From: Eledone cirrhosa
Taxonomy: Eukaryota
Direction of reading: 5' to 3'
NCBI GenBank assembly: GCA_964016885.1
Contig: OZ024742.1
Location: forward strand, 164,052,001 to 164,116,000
DNA: 64,000 nucleotides
The notes below the pieces were generated by a model. The model worked only from the letters and a program-made list of their open reading frames with translations. It had not been told where the DNA came from and ran no database searches. The translations under genes and the position numbers were made by a program. This document shows, in pieces, positions 1-13,600 of this stretch. The first letter of the stretch is position 1. Each line of letters begins with the position of its first letter.

Positions 1-77
1 TCTCCCCCTGATTTTTTTTTACAAATTATCTCCCCCTGATTTTTTTTACAAATTATCTCCCCCTGATTTTTTTACAA

Positions 78-372
78 ATTATCTCCCCTTGGCTGGCTGG
101 AAATTATCTCCCCTTGGAGGCTGGAATTTATCTCCCCTTGGACGGCTAGAAATTACCTCTCCTTGGACGGCTGGAAAATATGTCCTTGGACGGCTGGATA
201 TTATCTCCCCTTGGACGGCTGGAAATTATCTCCCCTTGGACGGCTAGAAATTACCTCTCCTTGGACGGCTGAAAATTATCTCCCCTTGAACGGCTGGAAA
301 TTATCTCCCCTTGGACGGCTGGAAATTATCTCCCCTTGGACGGCTAGATATTACCTCCCCTTGGACGGCTGG
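78..372 (+). repeat. Example run of A monomers (25 bp, AAATTATCTCCCCTTGGACGGCTGG)
   Basis: About 12 consecutive copies, read directly, with variants such as GGCTGGCTGG, GGAGGCTGG, CTAGAAATTACC and AAAATATGTCC. Confidence 0.95.
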
Positions 373-728
373 AAATTATCTCCCCTTGATTTTTTTTACA
401 AATTATCCCCCCCTGATTTTTTTTTACAAATTATCTCCCCCTGATTTTTTTTTACAAATTATCTACCCCTGATTTTTTTTTACAAATTATCTCCCCCTGA
501 TTTTTTTTACAAATTATCTCTCCCTGATTTTTTTTTACAAATTATCTCCACCTGATTTTTTGTTACAAATTATCTACCCCTGATTTTTTTTTACAAATTA
601 TCTCCCCCTGATTTTTTTTACAAATTATCTCCCCCTGATTTTTTTTACAAATTATCTCCCCCTGATTTTTTTACAAATTATCTCCCCCCGATTTTTTTTA
701 TAAATTATCTCCGCCTAATTTTTTTAAA
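373..728 (+). repeat. Example run of B monomers (AAATTATCTCCCCCTGA-T(7-9)-AC)
   Basis: About 13 consecutive copies differing mainly in poly-T length and single substitutions in the C-run. Confidence 0.95.
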
Positions 729-912
729 TATTATCTTCCCTTGGCTGGCGGGAAATTATCTCCCCTTGGACGGCTGAAAATTATCTCCCCTTGGACGGCT
801 GGAAATTATCTCCCCTTGATTTTTTTACAAATTATCTCCCCCTGATTATTTTTTACAAATTATCTCCCCCTAATTTTTTTTTACAAATTATCTCCCTCTG
901 ATTTTTTTTACA

Positions 913-3900
913 AATTATCTCCCCTTGGCTGGCTGGAAATTATCTCCCCTTGGAGGCTGGAATTTATCTCCACTTGGACGGTTAGAAATTACCTCTCCTT
1001 GGACTGCTGGAAAATATGTCTCCTTGGACGGCTGGAAATTATCTCCCCTTGGACGGCTGGAAATTATCTCCCCTTGGACGGCTGGAAATTATCTCTCCTC
1101 GGACGACTAGAAATTACCTCTCCTTGGACAGCTGAAAATTATCTCCCCTTGGACGGCTGGAAATTATCTCCCCTTGATTTTTTTTACAAATTATCTCCCC
1201 CCGATTTTTTTTTACAAATTATCTCCCCCTGATATTTTTTACAAATTATCTCCCCCTGATTTTTTTACAAATTATCTCCCCTTGGCTGGCTGGAAATTAT
1301 CTCCCCTTGGAGGCTGGAATTTATCTCCCCTTGGACGGCTAGAAATTACCTCGCCTTGGACGGCTGGAAAATATGTCTCCTTGGACGGCTGGAAATTATC
1401 TCCCCTTGGACGGCTGGAAATTATCTCCCCTTGGACGGCTGGAAATTATCTCCCTTTGGACGGCTAGATATTACCTCCCCTTGGACGGCTGGAAATTATC
1501 TCCCCTTGATTTTTTTTACAAATTATCTCCCCCTGATTTTTTTTTACAAATTATCTCCCCCTGATTTTTTTTTACGAATTATCTCCCCCTGATTTTTTTT
1601 TACAAATTATCTCCGCCTGATTTTTTTTTTTAAATTATCTCCCCTTGAACGGCTGGAAATTATCTCCCCTTGGACGGCTGGAAATTATCTCCCCTTGGAC
1701 GGCTAGAAATTACCTCTCCTTGGACGGCTGAAAATTATCTCCCCTTGGACGGCTGCAAATTATCTCCCCTTGATTTTTTAACAAATTATCTCCCCCTGAT
1801 TTTTTTTTACAAATTATCTCCCCCTGATTTTTTTTTACAAATTATCTACGCCTAATTTTTTTTACAAATTATCTCCCCCTGATTTTTTTTTACAAATTAT
1901 CTCCCCCTGATTTTTTTTACAAATTATCTCCCCCTGATTTTTTTTTACAAATTATTTCCCCCTGATTTTTTTACAAATTATCTCCCCCCTGATTTTTTTT
2001 ACAATCTCCGCCTGATTTTTTTAAAAATTATCTTGCCTTGGCTGGCGGGAAATTATCTCCCCTTGGACGGCTGGAAATTATATCCCCTTGGACGGCTGGA
2101 AATTACCTCCCCTTGGACAGCTGGAAATTATCTGCCCTTGATTTTGTTTTTACAAATTATCTCCCCCTGATTTTTTTTACAAATTATCTCCACCTGATTT
2201 TTTAAAAAATTATCTCCCCTTGGACGGCTGGAAATTATCTCCCCTTGATTTTTTTTTACAAATTATCTCCCCCTGATTTTTTTTTACAAATTATCTCCCC
2301 CTGATTTTTTTTTACAAATTATCTCCCCCTGATTTTTTTTTACAAATTATCTGCCCCTGATTTTTTTTACAAATTATCTCCCCCTGATTTTTTTACAAAT
2401 TATCTCCCCTTGGCTGGCTGGAAATTATCTCCCCTTGGAGGCTGGAATTTATCTCCCCTTGGACGGCTAGAAATTACCTCTCCTTGGACGGCTGGAAAAT
2501 ATTTCTCCTTGGACGGCTGGATATTATCTACCCTTGGACGGGTGGAAATTATCTCCCCTTGGACGGCTGGAAATTATCTCCCCTTGGACGGCTAGATATT
2601 ACCTCCCCTTGGACGACTGGAAATTATCTCCCCTTGATTTTTTTTACAAATTATCTCCCCCTGAATTTTTTTTTACAAATTATCTCCCCCTGATTTTTTT
2701 TACAAATTATCTCCGCCTGATTTTTTTAAATATTATCTTCTCTTGGCTGGCGGGAAATTATCTCCCCTTGGACGGCTGAAAATTATCTCCCCTTGGACGG
2801 CTGGAAATTATCTCCCCTTGATTTTTTTTACAAATTATCTCCCCCTGATTTTTTTTTACAAATTATCTCCCCCTGATTTTTTTTTACAAATTATCTCCCC
2901 CTGATTTTTTTTTTACAAATTATCTCCCCCTGATTTATTTACAAATTATCTCCCCCTGATTTTTTTTACAAATTATCTCCGCCTGATTTTTTTAAATATT
3001 ATCTTCTCTTGGCTGGCGGGAAATTATCTCCCCTTGGACGGCTGAAAATTATCTCCCCTTGGACGGCTGGAAATTATCTCCCCTTGATTTTTTTTACAAA
3101 TTATCTCCCCCTGATTTTTTTTTACAAATTATCTCCCCCTGATTTTTTTTTACAAATTATCTCCCCCTGATTTTTTTTTACAAATTATCTCCCCCTGATT
3201 TTTTTTACAAATTATCTCCCCCTGATTTTTTTACAAATTATCTCCCCTTGGCTGGCTGGAAATTATCTCCCCTTGGAGGCTGGAATTTATCTCCCCTTGG
3301 ACGGCTAGAAATTACCTCTCCTTGGACGGCTGGAAAATATGTCCTTGGACGGCTGGATATTATCTACCCTTGGACGGCTGGAAATTATCTCCCCTTGGAC
3401 GGCTGGAAATTATCTCCCCTTGGACGGCTAGATATTACCTCCCCTTGGACGGCTGGAAATTATCTCCCCTTGATTTTGTTTACAAATTATCTCCCCCTGA
3501 TTTTTTTTTACAAATTATCTCCCCCTGATTTTTTTTTACAAATTATCTACCCCTGATTTTTTTTTACAAATTATCTCCCCCTGATTTTTTTTACAAATTA
3601 TCTCTCCCTGATTTTTTTTTACAAATTATCTCCCCCTGATTTTTTTTTACAAATTATCTACCCCTGATTTTTTTTTACAAATTATCTCCCCCTGATTTTT
3701 TTTACAAATTATCTCCCCCTGATTTTTTTTACAAATTATCTCCCCCTGATTTTTTTACAAATTATCTCCCCCCGATTTTTTTTACAAATTATCTCCGCCT
3801 AATTTTTTTAAATATTATCTTCCCTTGGCTGGCGGGAAATTATCTCCCCTTGGACGGCTGAAAATTATCTCCCCTTGGACGGCTGGAAATTATCTCCCAT

Positions 3901-4431
3901 TGATTTTTTTACAAATTATCTCCCCCTGATTTTTTTTTACAAATTATCTACCCCTGATTTTTTTTTACAAATTATCTCCCCCTGATTTTTTTACAAATTA
4001 TCTCCCCTTGGCTGGCTGGAAATTATCTCCCCTTGGAGGCTGGAATTTATCTCCCCTTGGACGGCTAGAAATTACCTCTCCTTGGACGGCTGGAAAATAT
4101 GTCTCCTTGGACGGCTGGATATTATCTACCCTTGGACGGCTGGAAATTATCTCCCCTTGGACGGCTGGAAATTATCTCCCCTTGAACGGCTGGAAATTAT
4201 CTCCCCTTGGACGGCTGGAAATTATCTCCCCTTGGACGGCTAGAAATTACCTCTCCTTGGACGGCTGAAAATTATCTCCCCTTGGACGGCTGCAAATTAT
4301 CTCCCCTTGATTTTTTTAACAAATTATCTCCCCCTGATTTTTTTTTACAAATTATCTCCCCCTGATTTTTTTTTACAAATTATCTACGCCTAATTTTTTT
4401 TACAAATTATCTCCCCCTGATTTTTTTTACA
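913..4431 (+). repeat. ~3.5-kb higher-order repeat (HOR), full copy
   Basis: The block carrying markers CCACTTGG / GGTTAGA / GGACTGCTGG / CTCGGACGAC starts at ORF anchor 925 and recurs at 4444 (3,519 bp later). Internal marker order matches the later copies. Confidence 0.85.
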
Positions 4432-6925
4432 AATTATCTCCCCTTGGCTGGCTGGAAATTATCTCCCCTTGGAGGCTGGAATTTATCTCCACTTGGACGG
4501 TTAGAAATTACCTCTCCTTGGACTGCTGGAAAATATGTCTCCTTGGACGGCTGGAAATTATCTCCCCTTGGACGGCTGGAAATTATCTCCCCTTGGACGG
4601 CTGGAAATTATCTCTCCTCGGACGACTAGAAATTACCTCTCCTTGGACAGCTGAAAATTATCTCCCCTTGGACGGCTGGAAATTATCTCCCCCTGATTTT
4701 TTTTTACAAATTATTTCCCCCTGATTTTTTTACAAATTATCTCCCCCCTGATTTTTTTTACAATCTCCGCCTGATTTTTTTAAAAATTATCTTGCCTTGG
4801 CTGGCGGGAAATTATCTCCCCTTGGACGGCTGGAAATTATATCCCCTTGGACGGCTGGAAATTACCTCCCCTTGGACAGCTGGAAATTATCTGCCCTTGA
4901 TTTTGTTTTTACAAATTATCTCCCCCTGATTTTTTTTACAAATGATCTCCACCTGATTTTTTAAAAAATTATCTCCCCTTGGACGGCTGGAAATTATCTC
5001 CCCTTGATTTTTTTTACAAATTATCTCCCCCTGATTTTTTTTTACAAATTATCTCCCCCTGATTTTTTTTTACAAATTATCTCCCCCTGATTTTTTTTTA
5101 CAAATTATCTGCCCCTGATTTTTTTTACAAATTATCTCCCCCTGATTTTTTTACAAATTATCTCCCCTTGGCTGGCTGGAAATTATCTCCCCTTGGAGGC
5201 TGGAATTTATCTCCCCTTGGACGGCTAGAAATTACCTCTCCTTGGACGGCTGGAAAATATTTCTCCTTGGACGGCTGGATATTATCTACCCTTGGACGGG
5301 TGGAAATTATCTCCCCTTGGACGGCTGGAAATTATCTCCCCTTGGACGGCTAGATATTACCTCCCCTTGGACGACTGGAAATTATCTCCCCTTGATTTTT
5401 TTTACAAATTATCTCCCCCTGAATTTTTTTTTACAAATTATCTCCCCCTGATTTTTTTTTACAAATTATCTCCCCCTGATTTTTTTTTTACAAATTATCT
5501 CCGCCTGATTTTTTTAAATATTATCTTCTCTTGGCTGGCGGGAAATTATCTCCCCTTGGACGGCTGAAAATTATCTCCCCTTGGACGGCTGGAAATTATC
5601 TCCCCTTGATTTTTTTTACAAATTATCTCCCCCTGATTTTTTTTTACAAATTATCTCCCCCTGATTTTTTTTTACAAATTATCTCCCCCTGATTTTTTTT
5701 TACAAATTATCTCCCCCTGATTTTTTTTACAAATTATCTCCCCCTGATTTTTTTACAAATTATCTCCCCTTGGCTGGCTGGAAATTATCTCCCCTTGGAG
5801 GCTGGAATTTATCTCCCCTTGGACGGCTAGAAATTACCTCTCCTTGGACGGCTGGAAAATATGTCCTTGGACGGCTGGATATTATCTACCCTTGGACGGC
5901 TGGAAATTATCTCCCCTTGGACGGCTGGAAATTATCTCCCCTTGGACGGCTAGATATTACCTCCCCTTGGACGGCTGGAAATTATCTCCCCTTGATTTTG
6001 TTTACAAATTATCTCCCCCTGATTTTTTTTTACAAATTATCTCCCCCTGATTTTTTTTTACAAATTATCTACCCCTGATTTTTTTTTACAAATTATCTCC
6101 CCCTGATTTTTTTTACAAATTATCTCTCCCTGATTTTTTTTTACAAATTATCTCCCCCTGATTTTTTTTTACAAATTATCTACCCCTGATTTTTTTTTAC
6201 AAATTATCTCCCCCTGATTTTTTTTACAAATTATCTCCCCCTGATTTTTTTTACAAATTATCTCCCCCTGATTTTTTTACAAATTATCTCCCCCCGATTT
6301 TTTTTACAAATTATCTCCGCCTAATTTTTTTAAATATTATCTTCCCTTGGCTGGCGGGAAATTATCTCCCCTTGGACGGCTGAAAATTATCTCCCCTTGG
6401 ACGGCTGGAAATTATCTCCCATTGATTTTTTTACAAATTATCTCCCCCTGATTTTTTTTTACAAATTATCTACCCCTGATTTTTTTTTACAAATTATCTC
6501 CCCCTGATTTTTTTACAAATTATCTCCCCTTGGCTGGCTGGAAATTATCTCCCCTTGGAGGCTGGAATTTATCTCCCCTTGGACGGCTAGAAATTACCTC
6601 TCCTTGGACGGCTGGAAAATATGTCTCCTTGGACGGCTGGATATTATCTACCCTTGGACGGCTGGAAATTATCTCCCCTTGGACGGCTGGAAATTATCTC
6701 CCCTTGAACGGCTGGAAATTATCTCCCCTTGGACGGCTGGAAATTATCTCCCCTTGGACGGCTAGAAATTACCTCTCCTTGGACGGCTGAAAATTATCTC
6801 CCCTTGGACGGCTGCAAATTATCTCCCCTTGATTTTTTTAACAAATTATCTCCCCCTGATTTTTTTTTACAAATTATCTCCCCCTGATTTTTTTTTACAA
6901 ATTATCTCCCCCTGATTTTTTTACA
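4432..6925 (+). repeat. Internally deleted copy of the ~3.5-kb HOR (~2.5 kb)
   Basis: The offset to the first copy falls from 3,519 (925->4444) to 2,758 (2410->5168) and then 2,522 (3248->5770; 4008->6530). This implies net losses of about 761 and about 236 bp. Confidence 0.8.
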
Positions 6926-7686
6926 AATTATCTCCCCTTGGCTGGCTGGAAATTATCTCCCCTTGGAGGCTGGAATTTATCTCCCCTTGGACGGCTAGAA
7001 ATTACCTCTCCTTGGACGGCTGGAAAATATGTCCTTGGACGGCTGGATATTATCTACCCTTGGACGGCTGGAAATTATCTCCCCTTGGACGGCTGGAAAT
7101 TATCTCCCCTTGGACGGCTAGATATTACCTCCCCTTGGACGGCTGGAAATTATCTCCCCTTGATTTTTTTTACAAATTATCCCCCCCTGATTTTTTTTTA
7201 CAAATTATCTCCCCCTGATTTTTTTTTACAAATTATCTACCCCTGATTTTTTTTTACAAATTATCTCCCCCTGATTTTTTTTACAAATTATCTCTCCCTG
7301 ATTTTTTTTTACAAATTATCTCCACCTGATTTTTTGTTACAAATTATCTACCCCTGATTTTTTTTTACAAATTATCTCCCCCTGATTTTTTTTACAAATT
7401 ATCTCCCCCTGATTTTTTTTACAAATTATCTCCCCCTGATTTTTTTACAAATTATCTCCCCCCGATTTTTTTTATAAATTATCTCCGCCTAATTTTTTTA
7501 AATATTATCTTCCCTTGGCTGGCGGGAAATTATCTCCCCTTGGACGGCTGAAAATTATCTCCCCTTGGACGGCTGGAAATTATCTCCCCTTGATTTTTTT
7601 ACAAATTATCTCCCCCTGATTATTTTTTACAAATTATCTCCCCCTAATTTTTTTTTACAAATTATCTCCCTCTGATTTTTTTTACA

Positions 7687-10600
7687 AATTATCTCCCCTT
7701 GGCTGGCTGGAAATTATCTCCCCTTGGAGGCTGGAATTTATCTCCACTTGGACGGTTAGAAATTACCTCTCCTTGGACTGCTGGAAAATATGTCTCCTTG
7801 GACGGCTGGAAATTATCTCCCCTTGGACGGCTGGAAATTATCTCCCCTTGGACGGCTGGAAATTATCTCTCCTCGGACGACTAGAAATTACCTCTCCTTG
7901 GACAGCTGAAAATTATCTCCCCTTGGACGGCTGGAAATTATCTCCCCTTGATTTTTTTTACAAATTATCTCCCCCCGATTTTTTTTTACAAATTATCTCC
8001 CCCTGATATTTTTTACAAATTATCTCCCCCTGATTTTTTTACAAATTATCTCCCCTTGGCTGGCTGGAAATTATCTCCCCTTGGAGGCTGGAATTTATCT
8101 CCCCTTGGACGGCTAGAAATTACCTCGCCTTGGACGGCTGGAAAATATGTCTCCTTGGACGGCTGGAAATTATCTCCCCTTGGACGGCTGGAAATTATCT
8201 CCCCTTGGACGGCTGGAAATTATCTCCCTTTGGACGGCTAGATATTACCTCCCCTTGGACGGCTGGAAATTATCTCCCCTTGATTTTTTTTACAAATTAT
8301 CTCCCCCTGATTTTTTTTTACAAATTATCTCCCCCTGATTTTTTTTTACGAATTATCTCCCCCTGATTTTTTTTTACAAATTATCTCCGCCTGATTTTTT
8401 TTTTTAAATTATCTCCCCTTGAACGGCTGGAAATTATCTCCCCTTGGACGGCTGGAAATTATCTCCCCTTGGACGGCTAGAAATTACCTCTCCTTGGACG
8501 GCTGAAAATTATCTCCCCTTGGACGGCTGCAAATTATCTCCCCTTGATTTTTTAACAAATTATCTCCCCCTGATTTTTTTTTACAAATTATCTCCCCCTG
8601 ATTTTTTTTTACAAATTATCTACGCCTAATTTTTTTTACAAATTATCTCCCCCTGATTTTTTTTTACAAATTATCTCCCCCTGATTTTTTTTACAAATTA
8701 TCTCCCCCTGATTTTTTTTTACAAATTATTTCCCCCTGATTTTTTTACAAATTATCTCCCCCCTGATTTTTTTTACAATCTCCGCCTGATTTTTTTAAAA
8801 ATTATCTTGCCTTGGCTGGCGGGAAATTATCTCCCCTTGGACGGCTGGAAATTATATCCCCTTGGACGGCTGGAAATTACCTCCCCTTGGACAGCTGGAA
8901 ATTATCTGCCCTTGATTTTGTTTTTACAAATTATCTCCCCCTGATTTTTTTTACAAATTATCTCCACCTGATTTTTTAAAAAATTATCTCCCCTTGGACG
9001 GCTGGAAATTATCTCCCCTTGATTTTTTTTACAAATTATCTCCCCCTGATTTTTTTTTACAAATTATCTCCCCCTGATTTTTTTTTACAAATTATCTCCC
9101 CCTGATTTTTTTTTACAAATTATCTGCCCCTGATTTTTTTTACAAATTATCTCCCCCTGATTTTTTTACAAATTATCTCCCCTTGGCTGGCTGGAAATTA
9201 TCTCCCCTTGGAGGCTGGAATTTATCTCCCCTTGGACGGCTAGAAATTACCTCTCCTTGGACGGCTGGAAAATATTTCTCCTTGGACGGCTGGATATTAT
9301 CTACCCTTGGACGGGTGGAAATTATCTCCCCTTGGACGGCTGGAAATTATCTCCCCTTGGACGGCTAGATATTACCTCCCCTTGGACGACTGGAAATTAT
9401 CTCCCCTTGATTTTTTTTACAAATTATCTCCCCCTGAATTTTTTTTTACAAATTATCTCCCCCTGATTTTTTTTACAAATTATCTCCGCCTGATTTTTTT
9501 AAATATTATCTTCTCTTGGCTGGCGGGAAATTATCTCCCCTTGGACGGCTGAAAATTATCTCCCCTTGGACGGCTGGAAATTATCTCCCCTTGATTTTTT
9601 TTACAAATTATCTCCCCCTGATTTTTTTTTACAAATTATCTCCCCCTGATTTTTTTTTACAAATTATCTCCCCCTGATTTTTTTTTTACAAATTATCTCC
9701 CCCTGATTTATTTACAAATTATCTCCCCCTGATTTTTTTTACAAATTATCTCCGCCTGATTTTTTTAAATATTATCTTCTCTTGGCTGGCGGGAAATTAT
9801 CTCCCCTTGGACGGCTGAAAATTATCTCCCCTTGGACGGCTGGAAATTATCTCCCCTTGATTTTTTTTACAAATTATCTCCCCCTGATTTTTTTTTACAA
9901 ATTATCTCCCCCTGATTTTTTTTTACAAATTATCTCCCCCTGATTTTTTTTTACAAATTATCTCCCCCTGATTTTTTTTACAAATTATCTCCCCCTGATT
10001 TTTTTACAAATTATCTCCCCTTGGCTGGCTGGAAATTATCTCCCCTTGGAGGCTGGAATTTATCTCCCCTTGGACGGCTAGAAATTACCTCTCCTTGGAC
10101 GGCTGGAAAATATGTCCTTGGACGGCTGGATATTATCTACCCTTGGACGGCTGGAAATTATCTCCCCTTGGACGGCTGGAAATTATCTCCCCTTGGACGG
10201 CTAGATATTACCTCCCCTTGCACGGCTGGAAATTATCTCCCCTTGATTTTGTTTACAAATTATCTCCCCCTGATTTTTTTTTACAAATTATCTCCCCCTG
10301 ATTTTTTTTTACAAATTATCTACCCCTGATTTTTTTTTACAAATTATCTCCCCCTGATTTTTTTTACAAATTATCTCTCCCTGATTTTTTTTTACAAATT
10401 ATCTCCCCCTGATTTTTTTTTACAAATTATCTACCCCTGATTTTTTTTTACAAATTATCTCCCCCTGATTTTTTTTACAAATTATCTCCCCCTGATTTTT
10501 TTTACAAATTATCTCCCCCTGATTTTTTTACAAATTATCTCCCCCCGATTTTTTTTACAAATTATCTCCGCCTAATTTTTTTAAATATTATCTTCCCTTG

Positions 10601-13600
10601 GCTGGCGGGAAATTATCTCCCCTTGGACGGCTGAAAATTATCTCCCCTTGGACGGCTGGAAATTATCTCCCATTGATTTTTTTACAAATTATCTCCCCCT
10701 GATTTTTTTTTACAAATTATCTACCCCTGATTTTTTTTTACAAATTATCTCCCCCTGATTTTTTTACAAATTATCTCCCCTTGGCTGGCTGGAAATTATC
10801 TCCCCTTGGAGGCTGGAATTTATCTCCCCTTGGACGGCTAGAAATTACCTCTCCTTGGACGGCTGGAAAATATGTCTCCTTGGACGGCTGGATATTATCT
10901 ACCCTTGGACGGCTGGAAATTATCTCCCCTTGGACGGCTGGAAATTATCTCCCCTTGAACGGCTGGAAATTATCTCCCCTTGGACGGCTGGAAATTATCT
11001 CCCCTTGGACGGCTAGAAATTACCTCTCCTTGGACGGCTGAAAATTATCTCCCCTTGGACGGCTGCAAATTATCTCCCCTTGATTTTTTTAACAAATTAT
11101 CTCCCCCTGATTTTTTTTTACAAATTATCTCCCCCTGATTTTTTTTTACAAATTATCTACGCCTAATTTTTTTTACAAATTATCTCCCCCTGATTTTTTT
11201 TACAAATTATCTCCCCTTGGCTGGCTGGAAATTATCTCCCCTTGGAGGCTGGAATTTATCTCCACTTGGACGGTTAGAAATTACCTCTCCTTGGACTGCT
11301 GGAAAATATGTCTCCTTGGACGGCTGGAAATTATCTCCCCTTGGACGGCTGGAAATTATCTCCCCTTGGACGGCTGGAAATTATCTCTCCTCGGACGACT
11401 AGAAATTACCTCTCCTTGGACAGCTGAAAATTATCTCCCCTTGGACGGCTGGAAATTATCTCCCCTTGATTTTTTTTACAAATTATCTCCCCCCGATTTT
11501 TTTTTACAAATTATCTCCCCCTGATATTTTTTACAAATTATCTCCCCCTGATTTTTTTACAAATTATCTCCCCTTGGCTGGCTGGAAATTATCTCCCCTT
11601 GGAGGCTGGAATTTATCTCCCCTTGGACGGCTAGAAATTACCTCGCCTTGGACGGCTGGAAAATATGTCTCCTTGGACGGCTGGAAATTATCTCCCCTTG
11701 GACGGCTGGAAATTATCTCCCCTTGGACGGCTGGAAATTATCTCCCTTTGGACGGCTAGATATTACCTCCCCTTGGACGGCTGGAAATTATCTCCCCTTG
11801 ATTTTTTTTACAAATTATCTCCCCCTGATTTTTTTTTACAAATTATCTCCCCCTGATTTTTTTTTACGAATTATCTCCCCCTGATTTTTTTTTACAAATT
11901 ATCTCCGCCTGATTTTTTTTTTTAAATTATCTCCCCTTGAACGGCTGGAAATTATCTCCCCTTGGACGGCTGGAAATTATCTCCCCTTGGACGGCTAGAA
12001 ATTACCTCTCCTTGGACGGCTGAAAATTATCTCCCCTTGGACGGCTGCAAATTATCTCCCCTTGATTTTTTAACAAATTATCTCCCCCTGATTTTTTTTT
12101 ACAAATTATCTCCCCCTGATTTTTTTTTACAAATTATCTACGCCTAATTTTTTTTACAAATTATCTCCCCCTGATTTTTTTTTACAAATTATCTCCCCCT
12201 GATTTTTTTTACAAATTATCTCCCCCTGATTTTTTTTTACAAATTATTTCCCCCTGATTTTTTTACAAATTATCTCCCCCCTGATTTTTTTTACAATCTC
12301 CGCCTGATTTTTTTAAAAATTATCTTGCCTTGGCTGGCGGGAAATTATCTCCCCTTGGACGGCTGGAAATTATATCCCCTTGGACGGCTGGAAATTACCT
12401 CCCCTTGGACAGCTGGAAATTATCTGCCCTTGATTTTGTTTTTACAAATTATCTCCCCCTGATTTTTTTTACAAATTATCTCCACCTGATTTTTTAAAAA
12501 ATTATCTCCCCTTGGACGGCTGGAAATTATCTCCCCTTGATTTTTTTTACAAATTATCTCCCCCTGATTTTTTTTTACAAATTATCTCCCCCTGATTTTT
12601 TTTTACAAATTATCTCCCCCTGATTTTTTTTTACAAATTATCTGCCCCTGATTTTTTTTACAAATTATCTCCCCCTGATTTTTTTACAAATTATCTCCCC
12701 TTGGCTGGCTGGAAATTATCTCCCCTTGGAGGCTGGAATTTATCTCCCCTTGGACGGCTAGAAATTACCTCTCCTTGGACGGCTGGAAAATATTTCTCCT
12801 TGGACGGCTGGATATTATCTACCCTTGGACGGGTGGAAATTATCTCCCCTTGGACGGCTGGAAATTATCTCCCCTTGGACGGCTAGATATTACCTCCCCT
12901 TGGACGACTGGAAATTATCTCCCCTTGATTTTTTTTACAAATTATCTCCCCCTGAATTTTTTTTTACAAATTATCTCCCCCTGATTTTTTTTACAAATTA
13001 TCTCCGCCTGATTTTTTTAAATATTATCTTCTCTTGGCTGGCGGGAAATTATCTCCCCTTGGACGGCTGAAAATTATCTCCCCTTGGACGGCTGGAAATT
13101 ATCTCCCCTTGATTTTTTTTACAAATTATCTCCCCCTGATTTTTTTTTACAAATTATCTCCCCCTGATTTTTTTTTACAAATTATCTCCCCCTGATTTTT
13201 TTTTTACAAATTATCTCCCCCTGATTTATTTACAAATTATCTCCCCCTGATTTTTTTTACAAATTATCTCCGCCTGATTTTTTTAAATATTATCTTCTCT
13301 TGGCTGGCGGGAAATTATCTCCCCTTGGACGGCTGAAAATTATCTCCCCTTGGACGGCTGGAAATTATCTCCCCTTGATTTTTTTTACAAATTATCTCCC
13401 CCTGATTTTTTTTTACAAATTATCTCCCCCTGATTTTTTTTTACAAATTATCTCCCCCTGATTTTTTTTTACAAATTATCTCCCCCTGATTTTTTTTACA
13501 AATTATCTCCCCCTGATTTTTTTACAAATTATCTCCCCTTGGCTGGCTGGAAATTATCTCCCCTTGGAGGCTGGAATTTATCTCCCCTTGGACGGCTAGA

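Noticed and set aside
373-728. Poly-T tracts as rho-independent terminators
   Set aside because: There is no GC-rich hairpin before the T-runs and no upstream gene. They are simply part of the B monomer.
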